Shown: piece after piece, positions 20,022 to 29,995 of the stretch
Position numbering within the stretch: position 1 is the first letter of the stretch
How the letters are laid out: the number at the start of each line of letters is the position of its first letter
From: Geopsychrobacteraceae bacterium
Lineage (GTDB): Bacteria > Desulfobacterota > Desulfuromonadia > Desulfuromonadales > Geopsychrobacteraceae
DNA length: 64,000 nucleotides
NCBI GenBank assembly: GCA_963662315.1
Contig: OY759353.1
Span: forward strand, 3,424,001-3,488,000
Reading direction: 5' to 3'
Notes under the pieces: generated by a model
What the model was told of the DNA's origin: nothing
What the model saw: the letters and a program-made list of their open reading frames with translations, nothing else
Database searches by the model: none
Made by a program: the position numbers and the translations under genes

Positions 20022-20036
20022 GGTGAAATCTGCACC
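20022..20036. promoter_or_regulatory. Probable upstream activator site
   Basis: GGTGAAATCTGCACC palindrome about 87 bp upstream of the -24 box; a similar site lies at 28348. Confidence 0.6.
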
Positions 20037-20100
20037 AATGTGATTATAATTAAATCTCCTCTTACAGTGCGACAATCTTGGGTGTTGACCACATCAGAAA

Positions 20101-21999
20101 GTGGATATTGTTATGGATATTGCTTTTATCGCTCCTTATCAGATTATTCAGGATAAGGCCCGCAGTATTATTGCCACCAATGGCTACCCGGCTAAAAGTT
20201 ACCTGGGCAACTTGCAAGATGGTGTCGAGGTTGCTCGCCAGGCTATTGCTGAGGGGGCTCATATCATTATCAGTCGTGGAGGCACTGCCAGGCTTATTCG
20301 TGAGCAGCTGAACGTTGAAGTGATTGAGGTCAACGCTTCGTATTTGCAGTTGCTCTCTTATATTTTTGAAGAAACGAATTCAGGCAGTCGTATTGCGATT
20401 GTCGGGTTTCGTCCGTTTTTGAATCTGGCCCAGCCGGTTTGTGACATTTTAAAACGTGAACATCGTACCTTTGAAATTAAAGATATCAAGCGCATGGAAG
20501 AGGCCTTTGAAAAGGTTGTGGACTGGCAGCCTGACGTGGTTATTGGTGATGCTGTATCGGTGCTGATCGCTCAACAGTATTCCATTAATTACCATCTTAT
20601 TGAATCCAGCATGGAAACTCTTGAAGAAGCCTTTGAGCGTGGCATGCTGGTTCTTAATAACCTCAAGCGCCATATAGCCAGTGCCGAAAAACTGGCGGTG
20701 GTCCTTAACTATACCAAGGAAGGGGCTATGCTGGTTAACCGTGATGGATTTATCGAAGAAATCAATCAAAAAGCCTGTGCAGCATTGAGTCTGCCCAAAA
20801 TTGATATTATCAACCAGCCGTACACCACATTCTTCCAATCCCCTGAACTTTTCAGCGCGGCGAGTGCTTTGCGTACCGAAAAAAATATCATTATTTCTTT
20901 TGCCGGGAAAAGGTTTGCCGCGGACTATATTGTTATCAGCCCGGATAACGCAGAGAGTACAGCTGTTATCCGTTTTCAGCAGGTCGAAAAGATTCAGGAG
21001 GCTGGTAACCTGCTGCAGAAGAAACTTCGCGACAAAGGTTTTTACGCTAAATATACCTTCGATGATATTGTCCATAAGTGCCAGGAGATGAAGCAACTGA
21101 TCGAGGTTGCAAGACAATACAGTCTGTCGGGGAGTAATATCATGCTTCAGGGGGAAACCGGTACGGGAAAAGAATTATTCGCGCAGAGTATTCATAATGC
21201 CAGCCCTTTGCATGATGGTCCTTTTGTGGCGGTAAACTGCGCGGCCCTGACCGGTTCTTTGCTTGAAAGTGAACTGTTTGGTTATGCTCCGGGAGCGTTT
21301 ACGGGGGCGTTGCGCTCGGGCAAGACCGGGTTGTTCGAACTGGCTAACGGTGGCACCCTGTTCCTGGATGAGATTACTGAAATCGATATCTATCTGCAGT
21401 CTAAATTGCTGAGGGCACTGCAGTCGCATGAGATCATGCGCATCGGTGATAATAAAATCATCCCGATCAATGTCAGGGTCATTTCCGCCACGAACAAAGG
21501 ACCTCTGGCCGAAGTTAACACCGGGCGTTTCCGAGCTGACCTGTTTTATCGACTGAACGTTCTTGACCTGAAAATTCCTTCACTGCAGGAGCGCCGGGAA
21601 GATATTCTCTTTTTGTTCAATTCCTATTTGCAGAAAACTGCCGCAAGCGGTTCCGCTATCGGTCCACTAATGCCATCGAGGAAATTCCAGGATGCCCTGG
21701 AACGCTATGCCTGGCCTGGTAATGTCCGTGAACTTGAAAATATGGTTGAAAAGTATATGGCTCTGCAAGGCGTTCTGGATACCCAAGTCGCGGAGCAAAT
21801 GATATTGAAATCCCTGGAGGATTCTTCTTCCGCGGAGACTGTTGAACTGAGGCGGGGAAGTCTTGATGAAATCATTAAAGCCGCAGTGATACAGGCTTAT
21901 CACAGTGAGGGGGACAATATCAGTAAAACCGCAGAGCGCTTGAAGGTAGATCGCAACACGGTAAAGCGCTGGATGAAAAAAACTCACAATCAGAACTGA
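20101..21999 (+). CDS. PrpR-like sigma54-dependent activator (PrpR_N, PAS, AAA+, Fis HTH)
   Basis: IIISRGGTA, GETGTGKELFA, GAFTGA, LFLDEI, WPGNVRELEN and a C-terminal HTH. Alternative ATG at 20113. Confidence 0.92.
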   Translation: MDIVMDIAFIAPYQIIQDKARSIIATNGYPAKSYLGNLQDGVEVARQAIAEGAHIIISRGGTARLIREQLNVEVIEVNASYLQLLSYIFEETNSGSRIAIVGFRPFLNLAQPVCDILKREHRTFEIKDIKRMEEAFEKVVDWQPDVVIGDAVSVLIAQQYSINYHLIESSMETLEEAFERGMLVLNNLKRHIASAEKLAVVLNYTKEGAMLVNRDGFIEEINQKACAALSLPKIDIINQPYTTFFQSPELFSAASALRTEKNIIISFAGKRFAADYIVISPDNAESTAVIRFQQVEKIQEAGNLLQKKLRDKGFYAKYTFDDIVHKCQEMKQLIEVARQYSLSGSNIMLQGETGTGKELFAQSIHNASPLHDGPFVAVNCAALTGSLLESELFGYAPGAFTGALRSGKTGLFELANGGTLFLDEITEIDIYLQSKLLRALQSHEIMRIGDNKIIPINVRVISATNKGPLAEVNTGRFRADLFYRLNVLDLKIPSLQERREDILFLFNSYLQKTAASGSAIGPLMPSRKFQDALERYAWPGNVRELENMVEKYMALQGVLDTQVAEQMILKSLEDSSSAETVELRRGSLDEIIKAAVIQAYHSEGDNISKTAERLKVDRNTVKRWMKKTHNQN

Positions 22000-22001
22000 A
22001 G

Positions 22002-22029
22002 ATCCCGGCAGCGAAGGTGCTGCCGGGAT
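22002..22029. terminator. Hairpin between convergent genes
   Basis: ATCCCGGCAGC-GAAGGT-GCTGCCGGGAT inverted repeat. Confidence 0.65.
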
Positions 22030-22081
22030 TGCTCGCTGGTTGTTGGCTTATGATCTGACTTGTGGATTTTAGCTCGCATTC

Positions 22082-23164
22082 TTATGCTGACAGGGTGACA
22101 TGCTTTATGTAATCGCGCAGATAGGAGTAGCTGATCTGCAGATTGCCATCCATGGTTTCAATAATCGACGGGTAAGAGTAGTCCCCGATAAAAGCGCCCT
22201 TCTCGTCGTGCGCTGAACGCAGGGTTGCATCATCTTCGATGACGATTTCCCGTTGCCAGGTCAAGCCCATGTCTTCAGAGCTGGCGATCACCAACGGGTT
22301 GCGTGGCACTCCCCATATCGCACATTTGCTGGTGAGTTCTCCGCACTTCTCAAGAAACTCTTTCTTGTCCTGAATCCAGGGGGGAATAGAACTTTCGCCG
22401 TCTCTGCCGGTGGACTGAATGTCATTGTAAATGATAACAATACGCCCGTCGCGCAGCAATCTGGCCTGAATGGAGGAATTGTTGTTGGGCAGGTTGGTCG
22501 GTTCAGGTTTACTCCAGGTCAAGCCGTTGTCGGTTGAAACACTGCGGAAAATATAGTCGGCCTGGCGGCGGCGGTAGAAAGCAACCCGACAATTGCCCAG
22601 GATGTTCATATGCACGCAACCAATGCTGTCGGGGATTTCTGTACTGTTCCAACTGATTCCATTGTCTGAGGAAATCAGCACCAGGCTGTTGTCATTGCCA
22701 AAGGCTTCTTTGATGTTGCTGTGCCAGATAGGCAACAGAATTTCGCCTGCGGGATTAATTACCGGGGCATGGCGTATGAACGTTCCGATATCAGGGACAA
22801 GCTCTTTGGCCTCGGTCCAGTTTCGACCGTTATCGTAGGATTTCCTGATCCGGACCAAGGCGGTGCCTTGGTCGGTTTTCAGTTGTGCCGTATACAGCAG
22901 CCACAGCTCTGCCGGCGTCTTTTGAAACAACACCGGGTTTTGTTCTGAGCGTGCCGTGTCGGCGGACATTTTCTGTGCCTCGGACCAGATTCCGGTGTTG
23001 CTGTCCATTCGGGAAAGATAGATGCAGACGTCGGCCGTGCCTTCCATGCTGCCCCCGAACCAAGTACAGAGCAAGTCGCCATTGTCTAGCTGCAGCAGAT
23101 TGGAGGCATGATTACTGCTGCAGGGGGTTGGAATCCGTTTCTCTTCAATTATTCTCATTGCCAA
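22082..23164 (-). CDS. Sialidase-like BNR/Asp-box beta-propeller, no signal peptide
   Basis: Four Asp-boxes (SYDNGRNW, SSDNGISW, STDNGLTW, SEDMGLTW), N-terminal HAS...WFGG and C-terminal YSYPS. Confidence 0.85.
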   Translation of the reverse strand: MAMRIIEEKRIPTPCSSNHASNLLQLDNGDLLCTWFGGSMEGTADVCIYLSRMDSNTGIWSEAQKMSADTARSEQNPVLFQKTPAELWLLYTAQLKTDQGTALVRIRKSYDNGRNWTEAKELVPDIGTFIRHAPVINPAGEILLPIWHSNIKEAFGNDNSLVLISSDNGISWNSTEIPDSIGCVHMNILGNCRVAFYRRRQADYIFRSVSTDNGLTWSKPEPTNLPNNNSSIQARLLRDGRIVIIYNDIQSTGRDGESSIPPWIQDKKEFLEKCGELTSKCAIWGVPRNPLVIASSEDMGLTWQREIVIEDDATLRSAHDEKGAFIGDYSYPSIIETMDGNLQISYSYLRDYIKHVTLSA

Positions 23165-23180
23165 TACTCCCCGTCATCTG

Positions 23181-23933
23181 TCAATCCATGAAGGAGCCGC
23201 CATTGATATTAATGGCTTCTCCGGTAATAAAATCTGATTGGGCGCTGCTCAGGTACAGCGCAGCGTAGGCGACATCTTCCGGCTTACCCAGGCGGCCGAG
23301 GGGAATTTTCTGCAGAACCTTCTGGCGGTAATCCTCATCCCAGCTGTCAACCATTTCTGTTGCTATTGGGCCAGGGCAGATGGCATTGACATTAATGTTA
23401 TGCGGTGCGTACTCAAGGGCCAGATGCCTGGTCAGGTAAAGACCGCCGGCCTTCGAAACCCCATATTCAATCGAGGCATTGGCATGCGGCTTTTTGGCGG
23501 CGCTGGACAGAATATTGACAATTTTGCCGTACCCTTGTTTGACCATGACTTCAAGGACATGCTTGCAGGCATAAGTCAGACCGTCCAGGTTGATAGCAAG
23601 GGTCCGACGCCATTCCTCTTCATTGAAATCGGCAAACTTCCGGCGGTTGAGTACCCCGGAGTTGTTAATCAGAGCATCGATTCGACCAAAATTATCCAGT
23701 GCCATGGTTGTCAATTGGCGACTGGTCTGCTCATGTGAGATGTCGCCAGTCAGCGCGATACAGTTGACGCCAGTTTGGGCCAGCATGGCGGCATTCTGGT
23801 TGATTAATTCGCCATTGGTGCCATTAATAACCAGATTGGCACCTTGCTCTGCGAACATGGTGGCGATAGCCAGGCCGATACCACGGGTTGCCCCGGTAAT
23901 TATGGCGGTTTTTCCTTTAAGCAATTGCATCAT
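23181..23933 (-). CDS. SDR-family oxidoreductase (FabG-like)
   Basis: TGATRGIG, NNSG and YGVSK catalytic motifs. Confidence 0.92.
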   Translation of the reverse strand: MMQLLKGKTAIITGATRGIGLAIATMFAEQGANLVINGTNGELINQNAAMLAQTGVNCIALTGDISHEQTSRQLTTMALDNFGRIDALINNSGVLNRRKFADFNEEEWRRTLAINLDGLTYACKHVLEVMVKQGYGKIVNILSSAAKKPHANASIEYGVSKAGGLYLTRHLALEYAPHNINVNAICPGPIATEMVDSWDEDYRQKVLQKIPLGRLGKPEDVAYAALYLSSAQSDFITGEAININGGSFMD

Positions 23934-23949
23934 GTCAGTCCTTATTAAT

Positions 23950-25251
23950 TTACCCGAGGAAAATATTAGGCAGAATTAGAATAATATCCTGGAAATAGAT
24001 CATCAGAACCAGCATCAGCACATAAACACCGACAAACAGGCAAATGTGACGCATCATCTTGACCACCGATGTTTGCGCTATCTTGGCTGCCATCAGTGTG
24101 GAGAGCCCGTATGGTGGTGTAACGGTGCCAACACGGATCGCCATAACGGTGATGATTCCGGCGACTGTCGGGTTAATCTGCAGCATGTTCATGACCGGCA
24201 TCAACAGGGGAACAAAAATCAGCATTGCGGAAGCAGGTTCCATGAAGGTGCCGATGAGTAAATAAATCAGAGTGACGATGATCAGAAACACCGGGGCCGA
24301 CAGGTCTGCGCCTTTTACGGCGTTGATGATCGGAATCATGACCTTGTAATAAGTCAGTATCCAGGAAAAGAAGGACGCTACGGCGATGAGGATGAAAATG
24401 GTGGCCGATTCGATAACCGATTTTTTGGTCACTTCGTAGTATTGTTTGAAGTCTCTCTTCTTTTTGAAGATGATATTGACCAGCAGGATGTAAATTACCG
24501 AAATACCCGCCGCTTCGGTTGGGGTGAAAACGCCGCTTAGGATGCCACCGATAATCACCAGGAAGATCGACATGGGGAAAAAGCCTTTTTTAAGGGCGGT
24601 CAGGATAGACAGCTCCTCAATGGGCTCATCACCAATCATTTCACCGGAACTTTGGCCAATGTTGTTTTTGACCGCATAGAAATAGGAGTAAACCATCTGC
24701 GACAGGCCGATAACGACGCCTGGAATAATGCCGCCGATAAATAAGGCTGCAATGGATGTCTGGGCTATTGAGCCGTAAACGATCATCAGAATGCTGGGCG
24801 GTATAATGGAACCGATGGTGGCGGAAGCTGAGGTCAGGGTTGCACTGAATTCAGCACTGTAGCCTTTCCTTTTCATCGCGGGAATGATTATTGATCCCAA
24901 AGATGCAACATCCGCGACGGATGACCCTGAGATGCCGGCAAAAAAGATACTGGTCATAACATTGATGTGGGCCAGGTCGCCACGCAATTTGCCGATAAAG
25001 GCGCGTGACATATAGATCAGGTCGTCGGCAACATCACTGAGCTGCAACAGCTTGCCGCAGAATATGAACAGTGGGATAGCGAGCAGGGTAAAACTGCGGA
25101 ACTGCTGCAGGACAATTGACGCCATCTGATTTAGGTGAACGTGAGAGTCAAACAGCAGTGGAATGCCGGATGCCAACACCAGGCTGAATACGACCGGTAC
25201 GCCAAAAACCAATAAGCCGAGAAATATTGTTAAAATGCCCGCCAGAATCAT
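23950..25251 (-). CDS. dctM: TRAP transporter large permease
   Basis: FAGISGSSVAD, IIPPSI, GVFTPTEAA and TPPYG motifs. Confidence 0.93.
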   Translation of the reverse strand: MILAGILTIFLGLLVFGVPVVFSLVLASGIPLLFDSHVHLNQMASIVLQQFRSFTLLAIPLFIFCGKLLQLSDVADDLIYMSRAFIGKLRGDLAHINVMTSIFFAGISGSSVADVASLGSIIIPAMKRKGYSAEFSATLTSASATIGSIIPPSILMIVYGSIAQTSIAALFIGGIIPGVVIGLSQMVYSYFYAVKNNIGQSSGEMIGDEPIEELSILTALKKGFFPMSIFLVIIGGILSGVFTPTEAAGISVIYILLVNIIFKKKRDFKQYYEVTKKSVIESATIFILIAVASFFSWILTYYKVMIPIINAVKGADLSAPVFLIIVTLIYLLIGTFMEPASAMLIFVPLLMPVMNMLQINPTVAGIITVMAIRVGTVTPPYGLSTLMAAKIAQTSVVKMMRHICLFVGVYVLMLVLMIYFQDIILILPNIFLG

Positions 25252-25757
25252 TTGGAGCCCCCATTTCCCTGCATGTTTTTAATCTGTGTAAAAGTTTTAA
25301 AGACGTTAATTGCCTGATAAATGAACATGGTAATAGCGCCAAACAAAAAGGCAGAATTGAAATAAACCAGAGTGATCCGGTGGTCAAGAAAGCGGATCGG
25401 AGTCAGCTCTGTACGGGAGAATCCGGCCAGGAAAGACTTATATCCGACGGCCAGCAGCAGAATAATGGCCAGGAGCACCACCACGTCAATCAGAAACGCC
25501 CGAATGGCATTGGATCTTTCTGAAAGATAGGGTCCCAGAATATCAATATCCAGATGCTCTTTATTTTTGAGCGCAATACCAGAGCCAAGCATAATGAGCC
25601 ACACCAGGGAAAAGTTCTGCACGATATTGACTTCGGGTAAAGGAAACCCGAAGACATACCTGGCGACAACGGCGACGAAAATGGTGAACGAGAGCAAGAA
25701 CTGGAAGATACACAGGACAATGTACAGGGTACTCTCAAGTCTATCGATGGCTTTCAT
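25248..25757 (-). CDS. dctQ: TRAP transporter small permease
   Basis: Four TM segments, RY and EHLDID motifs; lies between dctP and dctM. Confidence 0.88.
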   Translation of the reverse strand: MKAIDRLESTLYIVLCIFQFLLSFTIFVAVVARYVFGFPLPEVNIVQNFSLVWLIMLGSGIALKNKEHLDIDILGPYLSERSNAIRAFLIDVVVLLAIILLLAVGYKSFLAGFSRTELTPIRFLDHRITLVYFNSAFLFGAITMFIYQAINVFKTFTQIKNMQGNGGSK

Positions 25758-25827
25758 GGAACCTCTCCCTGAAGCGACCGGCACCAGCTTCACCTGGGGG
25801 CGAAACTGGTGCCGGATTGTCGTTTAA

Positions 25828-26802
25828 CTATTCAAAAATACTGTTGATTTCTTTAGTGACGCCAAATTTTTTCGCCAGATCGTCGATCTGGGTACGTGAC
25901 GCTTTGATAAAGGGGGTTTTGTCAGGATCGGTTACCTGAATACCAAAGTCTTTCTGCAGGCTCTTGATCTTTTCATCACTCAGGGCAAATGCCTTTTCTA
26001 GGTACATTGGCTGAATTTTTTTGGCGGCTTTGGTAAACAGGGCCTGAACATCGCCACCCAAGGCATCGTATTTCGCTTTGTTCATAACAATGAAGCCAAG
26101 GGAAATGTTGTGCTGAGTTCTGGCAATGTATTTGTTTACTTCGGCAAGACGCATGGTGATCATGGCGTCAAGGCTATTTTGTGATCCGCGGACAACACCA
26201 GTTTGAACGGCGGTATAAATTTCTTTAAAGGCAACGGGAACCGGATTGGCGCCGATCGAATGCCACCAGTCCATATTGGTTGACGTTGACTTACTTCTCA
26301 TGTTTTTGCCTTTAAGATCGTCGATGCTGTTGATCGCAAAGGTGCTGATGATATCACGCTCAAGGCCGCCGGCAACCATCAGGACCACAACACCCGGATC
26401 TTTCAGGAGTTTGTTTTTAAAGAAATCAAGCTTGTGCTCATCATTAACGACAGACAAAAAGTGCTCTTTGCTTTTGAACAGGTAGTTACCTTCAAGAATG
26501 TCGAATTCCGGATGTCTTTCCGCAAACCAGCCCGGATCGGAATAGATGATATCAATGCTGCCATCGACAACAGACTGATACAGGGTTGACGCATCACCAA
26601 GCTGTCCGCCGGGGAAAAAGTCGACTGCGACCTTGCCGTTGCTGATATTGTTGACTTCTTCGGTATAGGCCTGAAGAACTTCAGCGAGCAGTGATCCGTC
26701 AGGATTGATTGTGGCAGCAACCAGTTTAACCTTGTCACTCGCATAAGCAGACATGGTTGTCAGGATCAGGAGACTTAAAATACCTATGAGAATTTTTTTC
26801 AT
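25828..26802 (-). CDS. dctP: TRAP substrate-binding protein
   Basis: Signal peptide, FPGGQLG, DLKGKNMR and EIYTAVQTGVV motifs. Confidence 0.92.
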   Translation of the reverse strand: MKKILIGILSLLILTTMSAYASDKVKLVAATINPDGSLLAEVLQAYTEEVNNISNGKVAVDFFPGGQLGDASTLYQSVVDGSIDIIYSDPGWFAERHPEFDILEGNYLFKSKEHFLSVVNDEHKLDFFKNKLLKDPGVVVLMVAGGLERDIISTFAINSIDDLKGKNMRSKSTSTNMDWWHSIGANPVPVAFKEIYTAVQTGVVRGSQNSLDAMITMRLAEVNKYIARTQHNISLGFIVMNKAKYDALGGDVQALFTKAAKKIQPMYLEKAFALSDEKIKSLQKDFGIQVTDPDKTPFIKASRTQIDDLAKKFGVTKEINSIFE

Positions 26803-26922
26803 CGTTTCACTCCTTTGTGTTCCAGTTGTTGATTGGGTCTAATCAAATTTTCAGCGTGTCAGAAGACGTCATTCAATTGCGGGTTTGTTCTCCAGTTGCT
26901 TGCCTCCTCCTTCGTGTAAGAT

Positions 26923-28218
26923 CTAAATGTGGTGGACAGAAGATGAGAGTTTATTCATGTGCGCCGTAATAAACTCGTAAATCCGCTGCAGAGTCCTTGC
27001 GTCGCCAAAGCTGCCTGATTTAGTGATCAGGGACAGTTTCTCCGCCGGTGTTTTCAGCTGCAAATTGCCGAAGGGGGTGCCAGGAAGAACTTCCCCTTCA
27101 TAGCTTACCCCTGTTGCCTGAAGTTTTTTTACCAACTGATAGGTGGTGTGTCCCCCTATGGAAATCAGTACCGAGATTCCCTGCGTTTGGCAAATATAGG
27201 CCGTTGCCTCGGCGATAAGAGCGGCAATCTTTTCACTATTGTCACGTGGACCGTCAGTGCAGGCAGCTTCTTGAGAAGAATCCGGAGTCAGGATGTAACA
27301 GCTGTTTTGTGCGGGGTGAATGGTTTTGATCTGGTTCCAGAACTGATCTATAGCGAGCTGATCATTTGCAGCCAGGGCCTGGGTTGGTACCAGGATCTTG
27401 GTGCAGGTGTGGGTTGCTTCAAGCTGAGTGAGCTGAATACGACTGACTTCCATTCGGCTTCCGGAACTGATGAGAATATTTCCTGCAGAGAATTCTGCAT
27501 TACTGTGATTGTGATACTGTGCTGGTGGACGTTGGGCAATAGCTGCGGCAAGACCTGCTGCACCGGTAAGCAATAAACGGTTATTGCTGATCAGTGTTGC
27601 GAGGATTGCCAGTTGGGAGTTTGTCGTGGCATCACAGATGATGTGGGTGACGCCTTCAGCAAGGAATTTTTCCACGAGCTTAGATAGATGTTCGACTCCT
27701 AGTTCGGTCTCGTGCGTTGCAATGTGAGCGATTTGAGTTTCTGGCAAAGCCTCAAAAAGATCTTTTACATATGAACTTTTTACCGGATTGAGGTGGTCCT
27801 GCCCCGTTTCTGTCTCATTGATCGGTGCCCCATGAAGCAGGCAACGGCCATTCACGACAGTGCGTCCAATGTCAGGAGCCGCTGGGCAAATGATAGTTGC
27901 GGTATAACGACCGGCGTCAATGACTGCCTTTATTTCGTCATGAATATTGCCGCGCAAGGTGGAATCAATTTTTTTATAGAAGGATGTCGCTCCCCATGCC
28001 TGGCATCTTTTCACGGCTTCAACGGTTTTCTGATAAGCTAAAGCCCCGTTGTCCAGACGTGATTCAGTATTTACGGCAAGGACTTCCAAATCCTCCGGCA
28101 ACACTGCGTTTTGCAGGGATATTGGCATAAATACAGAGAAGCCCGCATGGCAAAAGTGAATGCTGGAATCTCCTGCACCAGTGAAGTCATCGGCAATTAT
28201 GGCTGTTTGTATATTCAT
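26923..28218 (-). CDS. DUF1537 four-carbon acid-sugar kinase (DtnK/DenK/OtnK family)
   Basis: IADDFTGAGD, YKKIDSTLRGNI, GGHT and TKSGSFG motifs. Start placed at ATG 28218 because the longer ORF start overlaps the sigma54 promoter. Confidence 0.9.
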   Translation of the reverse strand: MNIQTAIIADDFTGAGDSSIHFCHAGFSVFMPISLQNAVLPEDLEVLAVNTESRLDNGALAYQKTVEAVKRCQAWGATSFYKKIDSTLRGNIHDEIKAVIDAGRYTATIICPAAPDIGRTVVNGRCLLHGAPINETETGQDHLNPVKSSYVKDLFEALPETQIAHIATHETELGVEHLSKLVEKFLAEGVTHIICDATTNSQLAILATLISNNRLLLTGAAGLAAAIAQRPPAQYHNHSNAEFSAGNILISSGSRMEVSRIQLTQLEATHTCTKILVPTQALAANDQLAIDQFWNQIKTIHPAQNSCYILTPDSSQEAACTDGPRDNSEKIAALIAEATAYICQTQGISVLISIGGHTTYQLVKKLQATGVSYEGEVLPGTPFGNLQLKTPAEKLSLITKSGSFGDARTLQRIYEFITAHMNKLSSSVHHI

Positions 28219-28232
28219 GTGAGACAATATTG

Positions 28233-28247
28233 GCAAAGGCTGTGCCA
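28233..28247 (-). promoter_or_regulatory. Sigma54 -24/-12 promoter for the kinase-TRAP operon
   Basis: Minus strand TGGCACAGCCTTTGC matches TGGCAC-N5-TTGC. Confidence 0.85.
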
Positions 28248-28347
28248 ACTGATAATAAGTGCCGGTATTTCGTTGTTATATATTGAAATATAAAGAGGTT
28301 ATATATAGATGAGGAGAGACCCGGTGAAATCCCTTCAGATTGCCGAT

Positions 28348-28362
28348 GGTGCTAATCGCACC
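28348..28362. promoter_or_regulatory. Probable upstream activator site
   Basis: GGTGCTAATCGCACC about 100 bp upstream of the -24 box, flanked by GGTGAAAT and ATTTCACC half-sites. Confidence 0.6.
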
Positions 28363-28466
28363 ACCAGTTGATATTTATTTCACCGGTTCGCTGCGGGGTG
28401 CTGGGTTCCGTTGATGATCACGAGGGAATTTATTCGCTTTGCTCACCTACGTGGTTGCTTTAAATA

Positions 28467-29987
28467 GTCGTCCCTGAAAAAATATAACTATCTGCAATTA
28501 TTGATTAAAATTGCAGCGTAAAATTGTTAAAATCACCAGAAATAGTACTTCAGCCCTTAAAACGTGGTGATTTTATGAAGCCAAAAGATACGCAGAATGA
28601 GCAATCAGATCTGTTTCGTGCCCGGCTTGATCAGATCCTGAACCGCGAACATCCCCTGTTTGTTCTGGCCAACCAGGTTGATTGGTCGGTCTTTGATGAA
28701 AAGTTTGGAACCCTCTACTCCGAAAGGGGGCGTCCTGGCAAACCAACACGGCTCATGGTGGGCTTGCATTATCTCAAGCACGCTTATGATGAAAGCGATG
28801 AATCCGTGGTCGCACGCCTTTTGGAGAATGGCTATTGGCAGTATTTTTGTGGTTTTGAGTACTTCATTCATCAACTGCCGGTCGATCCGACCTCAATGAC
28901 GCGTTGGCGCAAACGGATTGGCCCGAAGAACATGGAGCAACTCCTCAGAGAGACACTGGCAACAGCAAAGCGGGAAGAGCATTTAAACGAGCAGCACATG
29001 GAACGGGTCAATGTTGATACGACCGTTCAGGAAAAAGCGATTGCCTTTCCAACAGATTCCCGGTTGTACCACAAGGCCAGAGTCCTGTTAGTCAAAGCTG
29101 CTAAGAAACGGAATATTCCCCTGCGCCAGAGTTATGTGCGTCTGGGGAAAAGAGCCCTGATCATGAATGGTCGCTATGCCCATGCCCGACAGATGAGGCG
29201 AGCCAAGAAAGAACAGAAGAAGCTCAAAAACTATCTGGGACGCGTTTATCGCAATATATTGCGGAATTGTCCCGAGCCAGATGAAGAACTCTCCATTCTT
29301 CTGACTAAAGCCAGGCGGATTTTGTTACAGCAGCGTAGCGACAAAAATAAGCTGTACAGCCTGCATGCCCCGGAAGTGGAATGTATTGCCAAAGGCAAAG
29401 CGCATAAAAAATACGAGTTCGGCTGCAAGGTTTCCGTGGTAACGACCTCCGAAGACAACTGGATTGTCGGTGTCGAAGCTCTGCATGACAATCCATTTGA
29501 CGGGCACACCCTGAAGGGAGCCCTCAAGCAAATGAAACGGGTTGTTGGCTGGAATGCTCAAAGTGCCTATGTCGACAAAGGTTACAAAGGGAATCCGAAG
29601 AAGCTGGGGGATACCACCATTCATCTGGCAAACCGGAGCAAAAAGAGCATGAAGCCAAGCGAATGGCGCTGGTTTAAACGACGAAACGCTATTGAGCCGG
29701 TGATAGGTCACATGAAGAACGACAACCGGATGGATCGTAATTATCTCAGTGGGACCGACGGCGACAAGATGAATGCTATCCTGGCGGCTTGCGGGTTCAA
29801 CTTAAGAAAGCTCTTACGGGCTATCTTTTGGCTAATTGTCAAAGAACTTGAGCGGCACAAACTGATAAGTTTTGGCCAGATGTGCCGCACTTGGTTTCTG
29901 ATCTTTTCGTGTGAACATTTAACTCCGAATTCGGCGCCCTCAATTTAAGTTCGCCTGAGAGCCGATTTCGATTTTTTCAGGACCGAC
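28467..29987 (+). mobile_element. Complete IS5-family insertion sequence, 1521 bp
   Basis: IRL GTCGTCCCTGAAAAAAT and IRR ATTTTTTCAGGACCGAC (15/17 match). TAAATA direct repeat on both flanks (28461-28466 and 29988-29993). Confidence 0.92.
28575..29948 (+). CDS. IS5-family DDE transposase
   Basis: VDTTVQEKAIAFPTD, KGKAHKKYEFGCK, VDKGYKG and RRNAIEPVIGHMK motifs. Confidence 0.93.
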   Translation: MKPKDTQNEQSDLFRARLDQILNREHPLFVLANQVDWSVFDEKFGTLYSERGRPGKPTRLMVGLHYLKHAYDESDESVVARLLENGYWQYFCGFEYFIHQLPVDPTSMTRWRKRIGPKNMEQLLRETLATAKREEHLNEQHMERVNVDTTVQEKAIAFPTDSRLYHKARVLLVKAAKKRNIPLRQSYVRLGKRALIMNGRYAHARQMRRAKKEQKKLKNYLGRVYRNILRNCPEPDEELSILLTKARRILLQQRSDKNKLYSLHAPEVECIAKGKAHKKYEFGCKVSVVTTSEDNWIVGVEALHDNPFDGHTLKGALKQMKRVVGWNAQSAYVDKGYKGNPKKLGDTTIHLANRSKKSMKPSEWRWFKRRNAIEPVIGHMKNDNRMDRNYLSGTDGDKMNAILAACGFNLRKLLRAIFWLIVKELERHKLISFGQMCRTWFLIFSCEHLTPNSAPSI

Positions 29988-29995
29988 TAAATAGT

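Noticed and set aside
20449..21117. 222-aa antisense ORF
   Set aside because: It is a shadow of the PrpR-like activator.
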